64,000 bases of DNA, from assembly GCF_009914755.1 (NCBI RefSeq), contig NC_060937.1. One strand, given 5' to 3'. Positions 39,365 through 53,329 of the stretch are shown piece by piece. The first letter of the stretch is position 1, and each line of letters starts with the position of its first letter. The DNA is from the human T2T-CHM13v2.0 reference genome, Homo sapiens. The notes beneath the pieces were generated by a model. That model had not been told where the DNA came from, did not search any database, and worked only from the letters and a program-made list of their open reading frames with translations. A program made the translations under genes and the position numbers.

Positions 39365-40294
39365 CATAGCCAGTCTAAGAAAAAAAAATAATTATAACAT
39401 TTTTTTTCCTGTTAATTCCTTCTCAACAACTATATTGTCACAAAACTGCATAAACCAATGTTCTAAATTTGTTTACTTGGAAATAGAAAGGAAAAGGAAA
39501 GTTTATATGTTGGTCTATTCTACACGATAAGATATACTTCATTTTAAAATAGAATAACTGAAGAGTATGAAAATTCAGTAGGACTTCTGTATTTGAGTTT
39601 TTACGGTTTTGCTGTGAGAAATATTGGATAAGTTCTTAAAATAAAATTTCTATCAACAAGGTTCAATATCCAAATATTTATTGAAATATTTTAATTATTT
39701 GTACTATAAATATTTTACTAAATGAATTGCAGAGGCCATTGTGTAGATAAAATCCTGCTCTTTTTCGTCCCCTACGGTTCTTTTTCATCAATCTATGGTA
39801 TTGTTCTTTTTCCTCCAAGTGTCAATGTATTTATGGTATGATAAAATTTTCTACTGATGTCCACAAGTACTTATCTCTCTCTATATATCACCCTTAACTC
39901 TGTATACCAACTGAAAAATACAGCCTGAAGTTTAATTTTTGTAGTATTCTCTTTTTAGCTATTTAATACACTTGCTCATTTTAATACTTCCAACGTATTT
40001 TCTCCTTTAAAAAAATTGGACAAAACTGATGTGTTGATTCAGTTGTGAGTCTCATAAACAGCATGTAAATGAGTTAAGTTGAAATTTATCAGGAATGCTA
40101 AAGCAAGGAATCTTTAATCTCAAATGGATGCTCAACGAACTTAAACCAATAAATCGTGTGCCTAATTATGAATAAAAAGAACAAATGTACAGAACACGAA
40201 AAATGTCAGAAGGATTTTTTCAATCCATGGGTCATGAGGAATCCCATTTTTTGTTTTATATAGATAGAATCAGCCTCTTCACGTATAATGTGTT

Positions 40295-40720
40295 TGTTAT
40301 AGTCTGAATGTTTCTGCTCCATCCCACTTCAAATTCATATGTTAAATTCTAACCTTCGATGGCATGATATTTTGAGATGGAGCCTTTGGGAGTAAATGAA
40401 CATCAGATGAGGTCTTGAATGTGGGGTTCTTGTGATAGGATTAGTGCTCTTGTTTTCCCTATCAGCCTATCTCGAGTACCTCCGCCAAAACCTAGAAGAC
40501 CCCAGAGCGCTTGCCCTCCCTTTCTCTACGTGAACAAAGAAGAGGTCATGTGAGCACACAGCAAGATGTAGGCTGCCTGCAAGCAAAAAGAAAAGGCAGC
40601 CCTCTGCACGCTGGGAAAATAACCCTCACCAGAAACTGACTGAGCTGGCACACTAATCTCAGATATCCAGACTCCAGAATTGCGAAAAAATTAATTCTTG
40701 TTGTTTAATACACCTAGCAC
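40295..40720 (+). mobile_element. MLT1A-like MaLR LTR
   Basis: TGTTATAGTCTGAATGTTT...AAATTCATATGTT...GAGCACACAGCAAGATG...CCAGACTCCAGAATTG. Confidence 0.85.
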
Positions 40721-40899
40721 GATTAAGAAAATATTTTTTCATTGCATATACTATCTTATTTTTTTTTCAGGAACACACTAGGTCAGACGTGTATCATCTA
40801 CATCAAATTCGCTTAAGGAAACCAAAATTTCTATTTTCATTTTCTGAAATTTAGTGCTGGAGTCAATAGTAGGGATTCTCGGGATTCTTTAAGGTTTTC

Positions 40900-41248
40900 T
40901 CTTTCAGAGAACTGACTTCTCTATCTGGCAGTCTGCTGTTTACAGCAGTATCAGTCCCACATATTTATAAATGGGACTAGCTAGCAGGAGTGAGCTGTTG
41001 AGGCAGTGTTAACAGAAGAGAAAGCTCAAACTTCCCAGAAGTCCATAGACACATTTTCTTTGCTCCTACTGGTCTGAATCGTGATGAATGTCTTCAATCA
41101 GTGTCTTTAAAGTACCATAATCATGGTCTGCATTTTTTAGGGAAAAGGGTGAGGCTAGGTTAAAGAGTACATATTTTGAAATCAGGGACGCTTAGCCAAG
41201 GGAAAGGGAGCAGCAGATATTAAGCACCAATAATTAATGTCTACTACA
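40900..41248 (-). mobile_element. Old MLT1 (J/K-like) LTR fragment
   Basis: TTCCCAGAAGTCC...CTGGTCTGAATC...AATCAGGG...GTCTACTACA terminus. Confidence 0.45.
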
Positions 41249-42189
41249 GTAGGAACATAGAAAACTATTTATTTTATTTATACATATTATGACTTTGCTA
41301 TTCATTTCAGTGGCATCAATAATTAAATTTGTAAAAAGATGGACAATAATTTCTCAAATCTGAAAATGTTTAAGAACAGTGCTAAGGAAATTTACACTTA
41401 AAATGAAAAGATGTATAATACTATGATCTTTCAGATTCCCTTCAATCCGGAGATTGTATAAGTGTGTGATCATTATTGTCATTTTAGTCTTTAGTGTTCT
41501 TTCTTGAAATACACTATGCAGAATAATCTTTAATATTAATCTCTAGTATTAATATTTTTAAGATTGCAATCATTAAACAAATGTGTTTAATTGGCAGAAA
41601 GTATGCCAATATTAAAAGGGAAAGGAATTGTGGACTTATTTCTTTAGGGGTTTTATTCAATAAATACCTCTAAGTGGTAAAGTCACCGTGTCATCTGGCA
41701 TCATAGAGTCAGCATTTAGATCATCTTTGGTTATTGGTTACAGGTTTATCAGTTTCTACAACCCACTCTTTTCGTAGGTTTTACATTTAAATCATAATTT
41801 TGTACGTTATTGTACTTCATTCATTTTTAATTCAACACATATTTTTTAGCTGATAATTTTGTAGAAATCGCCACACTAACCATATTGTGTTTGGAGGAGC
41901 TAGATGAACTTGAGTATGATGTTTTCTCCTTCAATTTGTTCAGCTGCTAAATAATATTTCCTACATCATTGTGTGATTGAGATTAAATTAGACAATGCAA
42001 TTGCAAGAATTTTCTGGATGATATTTACCATTATCATTGCTGTGATTACTTAGTAGATGATAGAACTTACTAACTTAAGAGCAACAATGATGACTCGTGC
42101 CATGACAGATTGTGACGAATTGCTCCTACATGATGCTGGTGAGCATGCATTCTCTCAGCTCTCAGAAAATTATCAATGGCTATCATCTG

Positions 42190-42790
42190 GGCTTTATTGT
42201 GGCACTATTCACAATAGAGAGACAGAATCTACCTAAGAGCCCATCAATGGATGAATAAATAAAGGAAATTCACATGTATACACAATGGAAATTTTTCCAG
42301 CCATAAAAAAGAATGAAATTCTGTTATTGGCAACAACATGGATGAGTTTGGAAGACATTATGTTAAGTGAAATATGTCACACATAAAAAGATAAATACTG
42401 CATGTTCTCACTCATAGGTGGGAGCTACTCTCTACCTTTCACGGAGGTAGAGAGTAGAAGATAGTTACCAGAAGCTGGAAAGGGTGTATTTGGGGAGTGC
42501 AGAAGGGGAGTAAAGAAGCATTGGTCAATGGGTACAAATATAAAATTAGATGGAAGGAACAGGTCCTAGTGTTGCATGGTATAACAGAGTAACTGGAGGT
42601 ATAAAGATGTTTTGTATTAATCTTCTCTAGAAGAGAAGATACAGAGTGTTCCGAACACAAAAAAAGATAAATATTTGAGGTGATGTAGATCTCAATTACA
42701 CTGATTTAATCATTACACATTGCATGCATGTATCAAAATATCATTTGCACCCCATAAATAGGTGCAATTATTACATATCAACAAAGTAAT
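42190..42790 (+). mobile_element. L1MA (MA4/5-like) 3' end
   Basis: GCACTATTCACAATAG...GATAAATACTGCATGTTCTCACTC...GATTTAATCATTACACATTG. Confidence 0.9.
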
Positions 42791-42794
42791 AAAC

Positions 42795-42960
42795 AGTGGG
42801 GAGGGATAGCATTAGGAGATATACCTAATGTAAATGACGAGTTAATGGGTGCAGCACACCAACATGGCACATGTATACATATGTAACAAACCTGCACATT
42901 GTGCACATGTACCCTAGAACTTAAAGTATAATTTAAAAAAAATAAAAAATAAAACAATCA
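42795..42960 (+). mobile_element. Short young L1PA (PA3-5-like) 3' end inserted in the L1MA tail
   Basis: GGGAGGGATAGCATTAGGAGATATACCTAATGTAAATGACGAGTTAATGGGTGCAGCACACC...CTAGAACTTAAAGTATAAT plus an A tail. Confidence 0.92.
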
Positions 42961-43104
42961 AATAAAATTAATAAACTAAAAAAGTCGAGCAATTTTAAAA
43001 AAAGGAAAAAGAAAACTGACTTAACCTGGATTAAAAATTATGGTCTTAAAATGTAAAGAATTAATTTAAAACAGGATTTTAGGGGAAATAATTTCTCATA
43101 AAGT

Positions 43105-43340
43105 GCAGTAGAGTGTAGAGTAGTTTAGAACAGGTTTTCTCATATCATAGTGCCTAATTTCAATTCTAGGTTCTACTAGTTTCCCAATGTGTGCCCTGGG
43201 GATGTTTACCTTATTCCATGGTTCAGTGTCATCATATTATAAAACAGGCTCATTATAATAGCACTTACCTCAAAGGGTGGTTTTAAGGATTAAAAATTCC
43301 AAAGGGTTTAGGAGAATGATGCATGAAAATTAATTTTTTT
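43105..43340 (+). mobile_element. MIR SINE
   Basis: TTCAATTCTAGGTTCTACT...TGTGTGCCCTGGG...ATAATAGCACTTACCTCAAAGGGTGGTTTTAAGGATTAAA. Confidence 0.7.
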
Positions 43341-43627
43341 ATTATCTGTTTTAATATATAAAGTGTATAACAACAACAAAAATTTAATTTTAATATGTAA
43401 AACATATTTCATTATGATATCCATTTATTTATTTTGTTTTTAGACTAGTTATTTTGCTAATGATGTACTTGCATTTATGGCTATAAATAAAGTGCTTCAG
43501 GAGAAACCAAAGAAGTAACATAAAGTATTTCTTAACTACCTATCATATGTACGCATGTGTCTGTATGAACATATATTCATATTATCTGATAGTCACCTTA
43601 AGTTAGGTGAACACTGTGCAAGAGGAT

Positions 43628-43651
43628 CTCTCTCTCTTTCTCTCTGTGTAC

Positions 43652-43687
<36 letters not shown>

Positions 43688-43706
43688 AGCCCATATATAT
43701 ATATAT
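43628..43706 (+). repeat. Compound (CT)n(TA)n(TG)n(TA)n microsatellite
   Basis: Visible dinucleotide runs. Confidence 0.9.
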
Positions 43707-43742
43707 GTTTAGCATTAAAATATACATATTTACAATATATAT

Positions 43743-43923
43743 AATAGAGAGACAAAATCTACCTGAGAGCCCATCAATGGATGAATAAATAAAGGAAATA
43801 TTGCATATATACACAATGGAATATTTTCCAGCCATTAAAAAAATGAAATTCTGTTATTGGCAACAACATGGATGAGTATGGAAGACATTATGTAAAGTGA
43901 AATATGTCACGCATAAAAAGATA
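43743..43923 (+). repeat. Dispersed ~180-bp duplicate of 42213-42393 (L1MA segment)
   Basis: About 13 differences by eye, and the two copies share non-consensus variants. Confidence 0.9.
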
Positions 43924-44037
43924 TATACATATTTATGCTAAACAAGAATTCCAAAGAAATGTATTAAGCAGTGCATGGACTGTCTATACACATATGTGGT
44001 AGGCAAATTCAAGTAAAGAAGAAGTACTTTAAATTAA

Positions 44038-44392
<355 letters not shown>

Positions 44393-44403
44393 TTGGGTTA
44401 TTC

Positions 44404-47400
44404 TTTTTTTAAAAAAATTTTAGATTCAGGGGGTACATGTGCAGGTTTGTTACATGTATATATTGCCTAATGGTGGGGTTTGGGCTTCTATTGAACCCAT
44501 CACCCAAACAGTGCACATAGTACTCAACAGGTAGTTTTTCAGTTATTACCCCCCTCCCTCGCTCCCAACTTTTGAAGTCCCCCGTGTCTATTGTTTCCAT
44601 CTTTATGTCCATGTGTATCCATTGTTTAGTACCCATTTATAAATGAGAACATGTAGTATTTGGTTTTCTGTTTCTGCATTAACTCACTTAGAATAATGAT
44701 CTTCAACTGCATCCATGTTGCTGCAAAGGACATGATTTTATTATGTTTTATGGCTTTGTAGTATTCCATGTCGTATATGTACACTTTCTTTATCCAATGC
44801 ACTACTGATGGGCACCTAGGTTGACTCCATGACTTTGCTATTGTGCTAGTACTCCAGTAAACATACACACACAAATGTCTTTTTGGTAGAACATTTTCCT
44901 TTCCTTTGGGTAGATGCTCAGTAGTGGGATTGCTTTGTAGAATGGTTCTAGTTTTAGTTCTTTGGAAAATGTTCAAACTGCTTTCCACAGGAAATGAACT
45001 AATTTACATTCTTACCAATGGTGTATAAGTGTTCCCTTTTTTCCTCATCCTCACTGATATCTGTAATTTTCTGATATTTAATAAGAGCCATTCTGACTGG
45101 TGTGGGATGGTACCTCATTGTGGCTTTAATTTGCATTTGTCTGGTGACGGGTTTTGTTAAGCTTTTATTATATGTCTGCTGGACATTTATATGCCTTCTT
45201 TCGAGAAGTGTCTGTTCATGTCTCTATCTTACTTTTCAATTGAGTTGTTTTTATCTTGTTTAATTGTTTAAGTTCCTTATAGATTCTGGATATGAGTCCT
45301 TTTTTGGATGCATAGTTTGCAAATACTTTTACATTCTGTAGGTTGTCTTTTTACTCTGTTGATAGTTTCTTTTGTTTTGCTGGCCTCATTTGTTTAATTA
45401 AATCCCAATTGTTAATTTTTGTTTTTGTTACATTTGCTTTTGAGGTCTTAGTCATAAATTACTCACCTAGGTCAATGTCCAGAAGAGTTTCTTCTAGGTT
45501 TTCTAAAGGATTTTTACAGTTTGTTGTCTTATATTTAAGTCTTTAATCCATATTTGGTTAACTTTTGTACATGGTAAAAGGGAGGGGCCCAGTTTCATTC
45601 TTCTGCATATGGCTAGCCAGTTTTCCCAGCACTGCTTATTGAATAGGGTGTCTTTTTTTCATTATTTGTTTTTGTCAACTTTGTCAAGTATCAATTGATT
45701 GTAGGAGTGTAGCTTTATTTCTGGGTTCTTTATTCTTTTCCATTGGTCTATGTGTCTATCTTTGTACCAATACAATGTTGTTTTGGTTACTATAGCCTTG
45801 TAGTATAGTTTGAAGCCAGGTAATGGGATGTTATATTACTCCCTTCTTGCCTTGCTATAAACAAATACCTGAGACTGAGTAATTTATAAAGAAAAAAGGG
45901 TTTAATTGGCTCATGATTTTGCAGGCTGTATGGGAAGTATAATGACCTCTGGAGAGGCCTCAAGAAACTTTCAATCATAGTTGAAGGCAAAGGAGAAGCA
46001 AGTATATTTTACATGGCTGGAGCAGGAGGAAGGGGGCAGAGGTGCTACATACTTTTAAAAACCAGTACTTGTGAGGACTCACTCACTATCTCAACACAAT
46101 ACAAAGAGTGAAATTTCTGCCATTATCTGGTGGGTGCCAATTACATCCCACCAGGCCCCACCTCCAAGATTGAGGATTACAATTTGACATAAGATTTGGG
46201 TAGGGTCAAAGATACAAACTATATCATTCTACTCCTGTCCTCTCCCAAATCTCATGTCCTTCTCACATTGCAAAATATAATTATCCTTCTCAACAGTTTC
46301 CCAAAGTCTTAACTTATTCCAACATTAACTCAAAAGTTCAAAGTCCAAAGTCTCATCTGAGACAGGCTAATCTCTTCTGCCTATGAGTCTGTTAAAAAAA
46401 AAGTAAGCCAGGTACTTCTGAGATACAATGGGGGTACAAGCATTGGGTAAATACACATTTTCCATAAAGGATAAATCAGCCAAAAGGGGCTACCGGTCCC
46501 ACACAAGTCTGAAAGCCAGCAGGACAGCCATTAAGCCTTAAAGCTCCAAAATAATCTCCTTTGGTTCCATGTCTCACATCCAGGGCATGCCAGTGCAAAC
46601 AGTGGGCACATGAGGTTTTGGGAAATCCTTCCCCTGAGGTTTTGCTGGGTAGAGCCTCCATGGTTGCTTTTATTGGCTGGCATTAAGTGCCAGCAGATTT
46701 TCCAGGTGCATGGCGCAAGCTGTCAGTTCTGCCATTCTGGGGTCTGAAAGACAGTAGCCCTCTTCTCACAGATCCACTATGTAATGTCCCAGCAGAGACT
46801 CTCTGTGGGGGCTTAAACCCCACATCTGTCTGCACTGCCCTAGTAAAGGGTCTCCATGAGGGCTCCGCTCCTGCAGCAGGCTTTTGTTTGAACATCCAAG
46901 CTTTTCCATACATTCTCTGAAATATAGGCAAAGGCTCACAAGCCTCAACTCTTGCACTCTGTGCACTTGCAGGCTTACCACCACATGGAAACCACCAAGG
47001 CTTATGGTTTTCATCCTCTGAAGCAGTGGCTTGAGTTGTATCTAGGGCCCTTTTAGCTACAGCTGGAGCTGGAGTGGCTGAGATGCAGTGAGCCCTGTCC
47101 CTAGGTTTTGTAGAGTGGTGGGGCCCTGAGCTTGGCCCAGGAAACCATTCTTTCCTCCTAGGCGTCCAGGCTTGTGATGAAAGGGGCTGTCTCAAAAGCC
47201 TCTGAAATGCCTTTAAAGCATTTTTCTTATTGTCTTGACTATCAGCATTTGTCTTCCTTTTAGTTATGCAGCTTTCTGCAGCCCCATTCCTCACCTGAAA
47301 GGGAGTGTTTCTTTTCTATCAAATGGCTGGACTGCAAATTTTCTAAACTTTTGAACTCTTGTTCCTCCTTAAATATAAGTTTCAGTTTTATGTAATTTCC

Positions 47401-48575
47401 TTGCCCACACATATAACCATAGGTCAAATCTTGAAGCTTTGCAGTTTAGAAATTTCTTCTGCCAGATATCATAAATTATCTCTCTCATGTTCATGTGTGT
47501 TGCGGGGGGGAGTGGGGGGCCCTACACAATTTTAAATAGATCAAACCTCATCTTGTTAGAACTTAATCTCAACTTGGTACCAAGGGGAAAATTCATCCCA
47601 TAATCAAATCACCTCCCATCAAGCCCTACCTCCAACACTGAGGATTACAATTCCCTCTAGATATAGATGGGGATACAGATCTCTAAACCATATCAGATAC
47701 CTCCAGGTTTGTTATTTTTGCTTAGGATTGACTTGGCTACTAGGGCCTATTTTGGTTCCATATGAATTTTAGAATTTTTTTCTGATTCTGTAAAAAATTA
47801 TATTGGTAATTTTGTAGGCATTGTATGGAATCTGTAGATTGCTTTGGACAGCATGGATACTCATTGACTTTTCCAATCTATGAGCATGGAATGTTTTTCC
47901 ATTTCTTTGTGACATCTATAATTTCTTTCATCAGTGTTTTGTAGTTTTCCTTGTAAAGATCTTTCACCTCCTTGGTCAGATGTATTTGTAGGTATTTTAT
48001 TTGTGGCTTCTGCAGATGGAATTGGATTCTTGATTTGCTTCTCAGGTTAAACATTATTGGTTTATAGAAATACTACTGATTTTGTATGTTAATTTTGTAA
48101 CCTGAAAGTCTACTTAAGACATTTATCAAGTCTAGGAGTTTTTGAAGGAGTCTTTAGGGTTTTCTAAGTATAAAATTATACCATTGGTGAACAGAGATAA
48201 TTTGACTTCCTCTTTTTCTATTTGGATTCCTTGTAGTTCTTTCTCTTGCCTGATTGCCCTGACTAGGGCATCCAATACTACGTTGAATAAGAATAGTGAC
48301 AGTGGACATTCTTGTCTTGTTCAAGTTCATAGTGGAAATGCTTCCAACTTTTTCCCATTCGGTATGATGCTGGCTGCAGTTTCGTCATAGAGGGCTCTTT
48401 TATTTTGAGATATTTTCCTTTGATGCCTAGTGTGTTGAGGGTTTTTATCAGAAAGGTACGTTGGATTTTATAAAATACTTTTTCTGTGCCTATTGAGGTG
48501 ATCATATGGTTTTTGTTTTTAATTCTGTTTATGTGGTGAATCCCATTTATTGGTTTTCATATGTCAAAACATTCT
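44404..48575 (-). mobile_element. L1PA16/17-like 3' portion (3'UTR plus ORF2 RT region), interrupted by MST at 45832-47695
   Basis: TAGATTCAGGGGGTACATGTGCAGGTTTGTTACATG 3' end. The L1 sequence resumes in register after 47695. Confidence 0.92.
45832..47695 (-). mobile_element. MST (MSTA/B-like) MaLR provirus with an internal deletion: 3' LTR 45832-46226, internal region to ~47490, partial 5' LTR to 47695
   Basis: LTR termini ...AAACTATATCA and ...AAACCATATCA, MST-int sequence, degenerate TSD GATGT/GATAC. Confidence 0.9.
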
Positions 48576-48589
48576 TGCATTGATCTAAG

Positions 48590-49102
<513 letters not shown>

Positions 49103-49439
49103 AGGTGCCAGAGGAAACTGGGGATGAATGGCTGTCAATTACACATCAGGGAAGCCTTTACATTGAAATGTGAGACATTTCTGTTTTTGCTCACTTCTCA
49201 ATGGTCAGGGCTGAGCACTGTACCACACTGCTTAGTTCTTCCTTCTTTGTTCTGCCAGTCTCAGTGCATTCATCCCATATCATTCCAATTTCTTATTTTT
49301 CCTGCATGGCAAAGTGCGTCTCTTTGTCAGGTAGCATATTTATGAAACCCAACCACAACGACCAGTCAAGCAAGATGTACTATATAATGAAAGTCTCCTT
49401 CTAAAAGAATTCTGCCACTTGCTCAGTGTTACTTGCTCA

Positions 49440-49562
49440 TCTTCTCTTCTAGGATGTGAGCTACTGTAGGCAGAAACATTTTTTGTTCATTTTTCTAAAT
49501 TGTTGGTGTCTGACAACGCTTGCTGTAGAGTAGGTAACATTCACTGCTTGGGTGACAAATAA
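49440..49562 (+). mobile_element. L2 3' end fragment
   Basis: CTAGGATGTGAGCTACTGTAGGCAGAAAC...GAGTAGGTAAC. Confidence 0.5.
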
Positions 49563-49655
49563 TGCACCAATTATAAGGGTGTGAAATGTGAATTTTTTGT
49601 TTTGCAGAAGATGCAAAATCATGCTAATGAAATTCATGAGTAAATGTATTAATAA

Positions 49656-50012
<357 letters not shown>

Positions 50013-50385
50013 TGATCTTTATACTGTATTACTTAAATGTTATTTGGAATACTAGACATTTCATTTCTTTCTAAAAATACTTCAATTGTAGATATAACTA
50101 AAAAATAAGCTATACCATCCAACAAAGTTTTCTAATATATGTAGTCTTCCTTTCTCTTGTTTTAACTCTCATCCTTTGGTTTTTGTCATAACATTTGATT
50201 GGTTCATCAATATTTTTCAGATTTTTAACACTTCTAGGCAGTAGCAGTAGTGCTGTCCTTAAGAAATTATTTTATTATTATTTTAGGGTAGTACTATTAT
50301 TTTATGTACTTTCAATTGCTTCCTGACAATTCTCCCCAATGGCTTTAAACAAAGTATCATTCCCAACACACAAATTATATAATTA

Positions 50386-50645
50386 CAGGTTAGGTATCCC
50401 TTATCTGAAATGCTTAGGACCAGAAATGTTTATTTATTCGTGTTTCATTTACACCTTATACACATGGCCTGACGGTAATTTTATGCAATATTTTAAAGAT
50501 GTTTGTGTATAAAACAATGTTTTGAATGCATTTGGATTGCTACTATTCACAGGAGGTCAGGTTTGAAATTTTCCACTGTGACATCATATCAGTGCTCAAA
50601 AAGTTTCAAATTTTGGATTTCAGGTTTTCAGATTAGTGATTCTGT
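50386..50645. mobile_element. Tigger4b (Zombi/MER46)-like TcMar fragment
   Basis: TA|CAGGTTAGGTATCCCTTATCTGAAATGCTTAGGACCAGAA...GCTCAAAAAGTTTCAAATTTTGGA. Confidence 0.85.
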
Positions 50646-50699
50646 ATCCACAGTCAGAGAAAAAAATGCTGAAATAGCCTAAATTTTTGTTTGTAAAAG

Positions 50700-51211
50700 A
50701 CAAAACCTTTCAGGATCATGACTTAACCAGAAAGCATTTCCCCAGCACCTCTAAGTTATCAAGAAAGACGAAGAATGTTCAGAACATGAACAGCCGCTCA
50801 CATAACAGTGACTGTGGACTCAGCCTCCTTCTCACTTCCAGCCCTAACATCACCTCAAAGGGCATTTTGTCTTCATAGCTACCACATGGCTGTCAGGTTT
50901 TCTGCCATCTCCAGGCTTCTGCCATCATAACATGCAGTAAAAAGAGAAGAGGAGAAACATGAAGGTGTACGGTAGCTGACAATGTTTTTCTCAAGAAGAA
51001 ATAGCCTACTAGTGACTCCACCGTTTTAACTTGCACTGACATCGCACTGGCCAAAACTGCGTCACATAATTATTCCCAGCCTTAAGCAAGTCCAGAAGGA
51101 GGTGAGTCACATTGACTAGACACGTTGCCGTTGTTAACAAAATGGCGCTTCTCTTAGCAAGGAAGAGAAGAATGCAAATAAAGTGGGTAACACCCATATA
51201 TGTCAGCTGCA
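50700..51211 (-). mobile_element. MLT1J-like LTR
   Basis: CACATGGCTG, CACTGGCCAAAACTGCGTCACAT and AACAAAATGG...AGCAAGGAAGAG. Confidence 0.6.
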
Positions 51212-53329
51212 AAGAGATTTCCTTAATGTAACTAATGAATAGTACTGGTAATTAAATTTTTGATGCAATCTTATATATAAATATATGCTTCTCTCTTTTT
51301 AAAAAATGCCTCACTTAAACCATGTAACTAAGTTGTTGCTTTACCAATGTTAATGGACATTGCTCTAGACACAGTTTATCAAAGTATGTTAATTTTATAA
51401 ATCAAATGATAAGCCCCATGATAAATAAAAATAAAAAGTAGGGGAACAAGGAGTTGCAAGGTAAGCCGAAATTATTCTGTTGGCCCTCATTGCAGCATTT
51501 ATTGATTCATATGCCGTAAGAGAAATTGCAAATTCTGACTTTATAGAGCCTCACATTTTCTTCCTTATACAGTTTCCAGGCAGTTTTCGGCTCTTAGAGA
51601 AACATTCTCAGCATTGACGTGTCAATGGAGTTTAAACTATTAGTACCACTTTCGTGTACTTTAGCAACATTTTCTGATCTCAATCCCGTAGTTCAGTGAG
51701 CAGAAGCATACAATGTGGCAGTTATTTCATATTTCCATGATAGTTCAATTTTTTTATTGAGGCGATTCTAAGAAAAATGTATGAGCAGTGGCAAATTAAG
51801 GAGCTGGAAAGAAAATAAAAACGTTTCTTTTCTGTTCCACAACTGGAATTAAGTTTAAGCTGAATTACTGAGTCTTCACAAAGGCAAAATTTTTGACTCT
51901 TAATTTTGTTAATCTATTTCAGCTTATTTCTCAGGATAAATATATCAACTTTTTGTGCTAATTAGTACTTTCATAGAGAAAAAGTTTAATGATTAGTTAT
52001 TATGCTTACCATTATTTTTATTTTAGCAAGGGTATTAATATTTTTTATCACTTACAGATTTTTTTCTTTTCAATATGAAAGACTTTGCAAAATTATTTTG
52101 ACCTGGAAGTTCAGCGTATTATTGTTTGTTCCCTTATTATTATCCATTTTACTTTCCTTATTCCATTGTTGTTATTTAATTTAAAATATTTCATACGGTA
52201 TGGCAAACCATGAACCTGGAAATAGAAAGCTGATGCATTTAAATAAGGTGCACTTGATATGGTAGCACCCAAATAGCCTGGAGGCTGTATAAGCTTTTCT
52301 GGACAGTATGATAATCAATTCATAAATTATGTACACCTGAGCCCTTTTCACCTTAGGCAGTTTCAGGATGTCCAAAAAAACTTCAAACTTAGCTCTTTCA
52401 AATCAATGGTTTAAGCCATCTTAATAACCAATTAGCATCACTGCAGAAATAGTGTAATCCATTATGAATATTTAAGTATTAACAGTTTAAGAATCTTACA
52501 AGATTTTATGCCAAATGTGTAAACATACTCTTTATCTTTCTAGCTTTAAACTCTTCCTCCTTTGCTGCTGTCTGTGTGCATTTTTACCAAAGGTAGAGAG
52601 AATTTATTCTCTTAACGAAGAGAGAAATGGAAGCTTGCCCTCATAACCTTTGTTATAACAGAATACTAGACCTTGAAGAAAAGAGAAATTGTAAAGAAAC
52701 ATTGAAACTGAAGCGTTGGTCAACTGTGGCTCATGAGAAGAAAACCATGCTGGTCAAAGATTTTAAGAATTTTTGCCATTTTGGCTGTAACCCCCACCCC
52801 AAAACACACACCCAAATCAAGAGATTTCCACATGAAATGTATCACCCCATGCAGTGGCATAAATGTGGTGGGTGAGAAGGGAACATCTCTTTTTCTTGAC
52901 TGTGCATGTTTTATAATAAAAATACTAGATTGCCAATTAATTGATCTTAGCTGTTGTAAAATTACTAATCCCTAAGTATCTTTTATTGGAGAATTAATTA
53001 TTTTCTCAATATTAAGCAATCTTCTTAAGACTCTTCAAGAAATTGAAATAAACATGAATTCATATAGAGCTAATTTTCAATAAAAAGTGAAATGATTATA
53101 AAAGTGAATAGAATCTCAGAAGAAATAAGGGAGGGTATTAGAATAACCCATTGATCAAATCAATGAAATTTGAAACATGAATGAAACTTATACGTGAATG
53201 CTCTCTGTGAATTACATTCATTACCTTAGTAGGAAGCCTGTTTCTTAGTTTCATAGATAGAAAGCTGACAAAATATTTTGTTTGGTTTTTAATTCATTCA
53301 CGATTGTCAATTGTGCATTTACTCTGTGG

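Noticed and set aside
38905-39373. Apparent 9-bp TSD around MLT2A1 (CATACCCAG/CATAGCCAG)
   Set aside because: ERVL TSDs are 5 bp; probably a decayed TSD plus chance similarity.
46683-47294. 203-aa ORF
   Set aside because: Lies entirely in the MST internal region. It is a decayed MaLR ORF remnant with no evidence of domestication.
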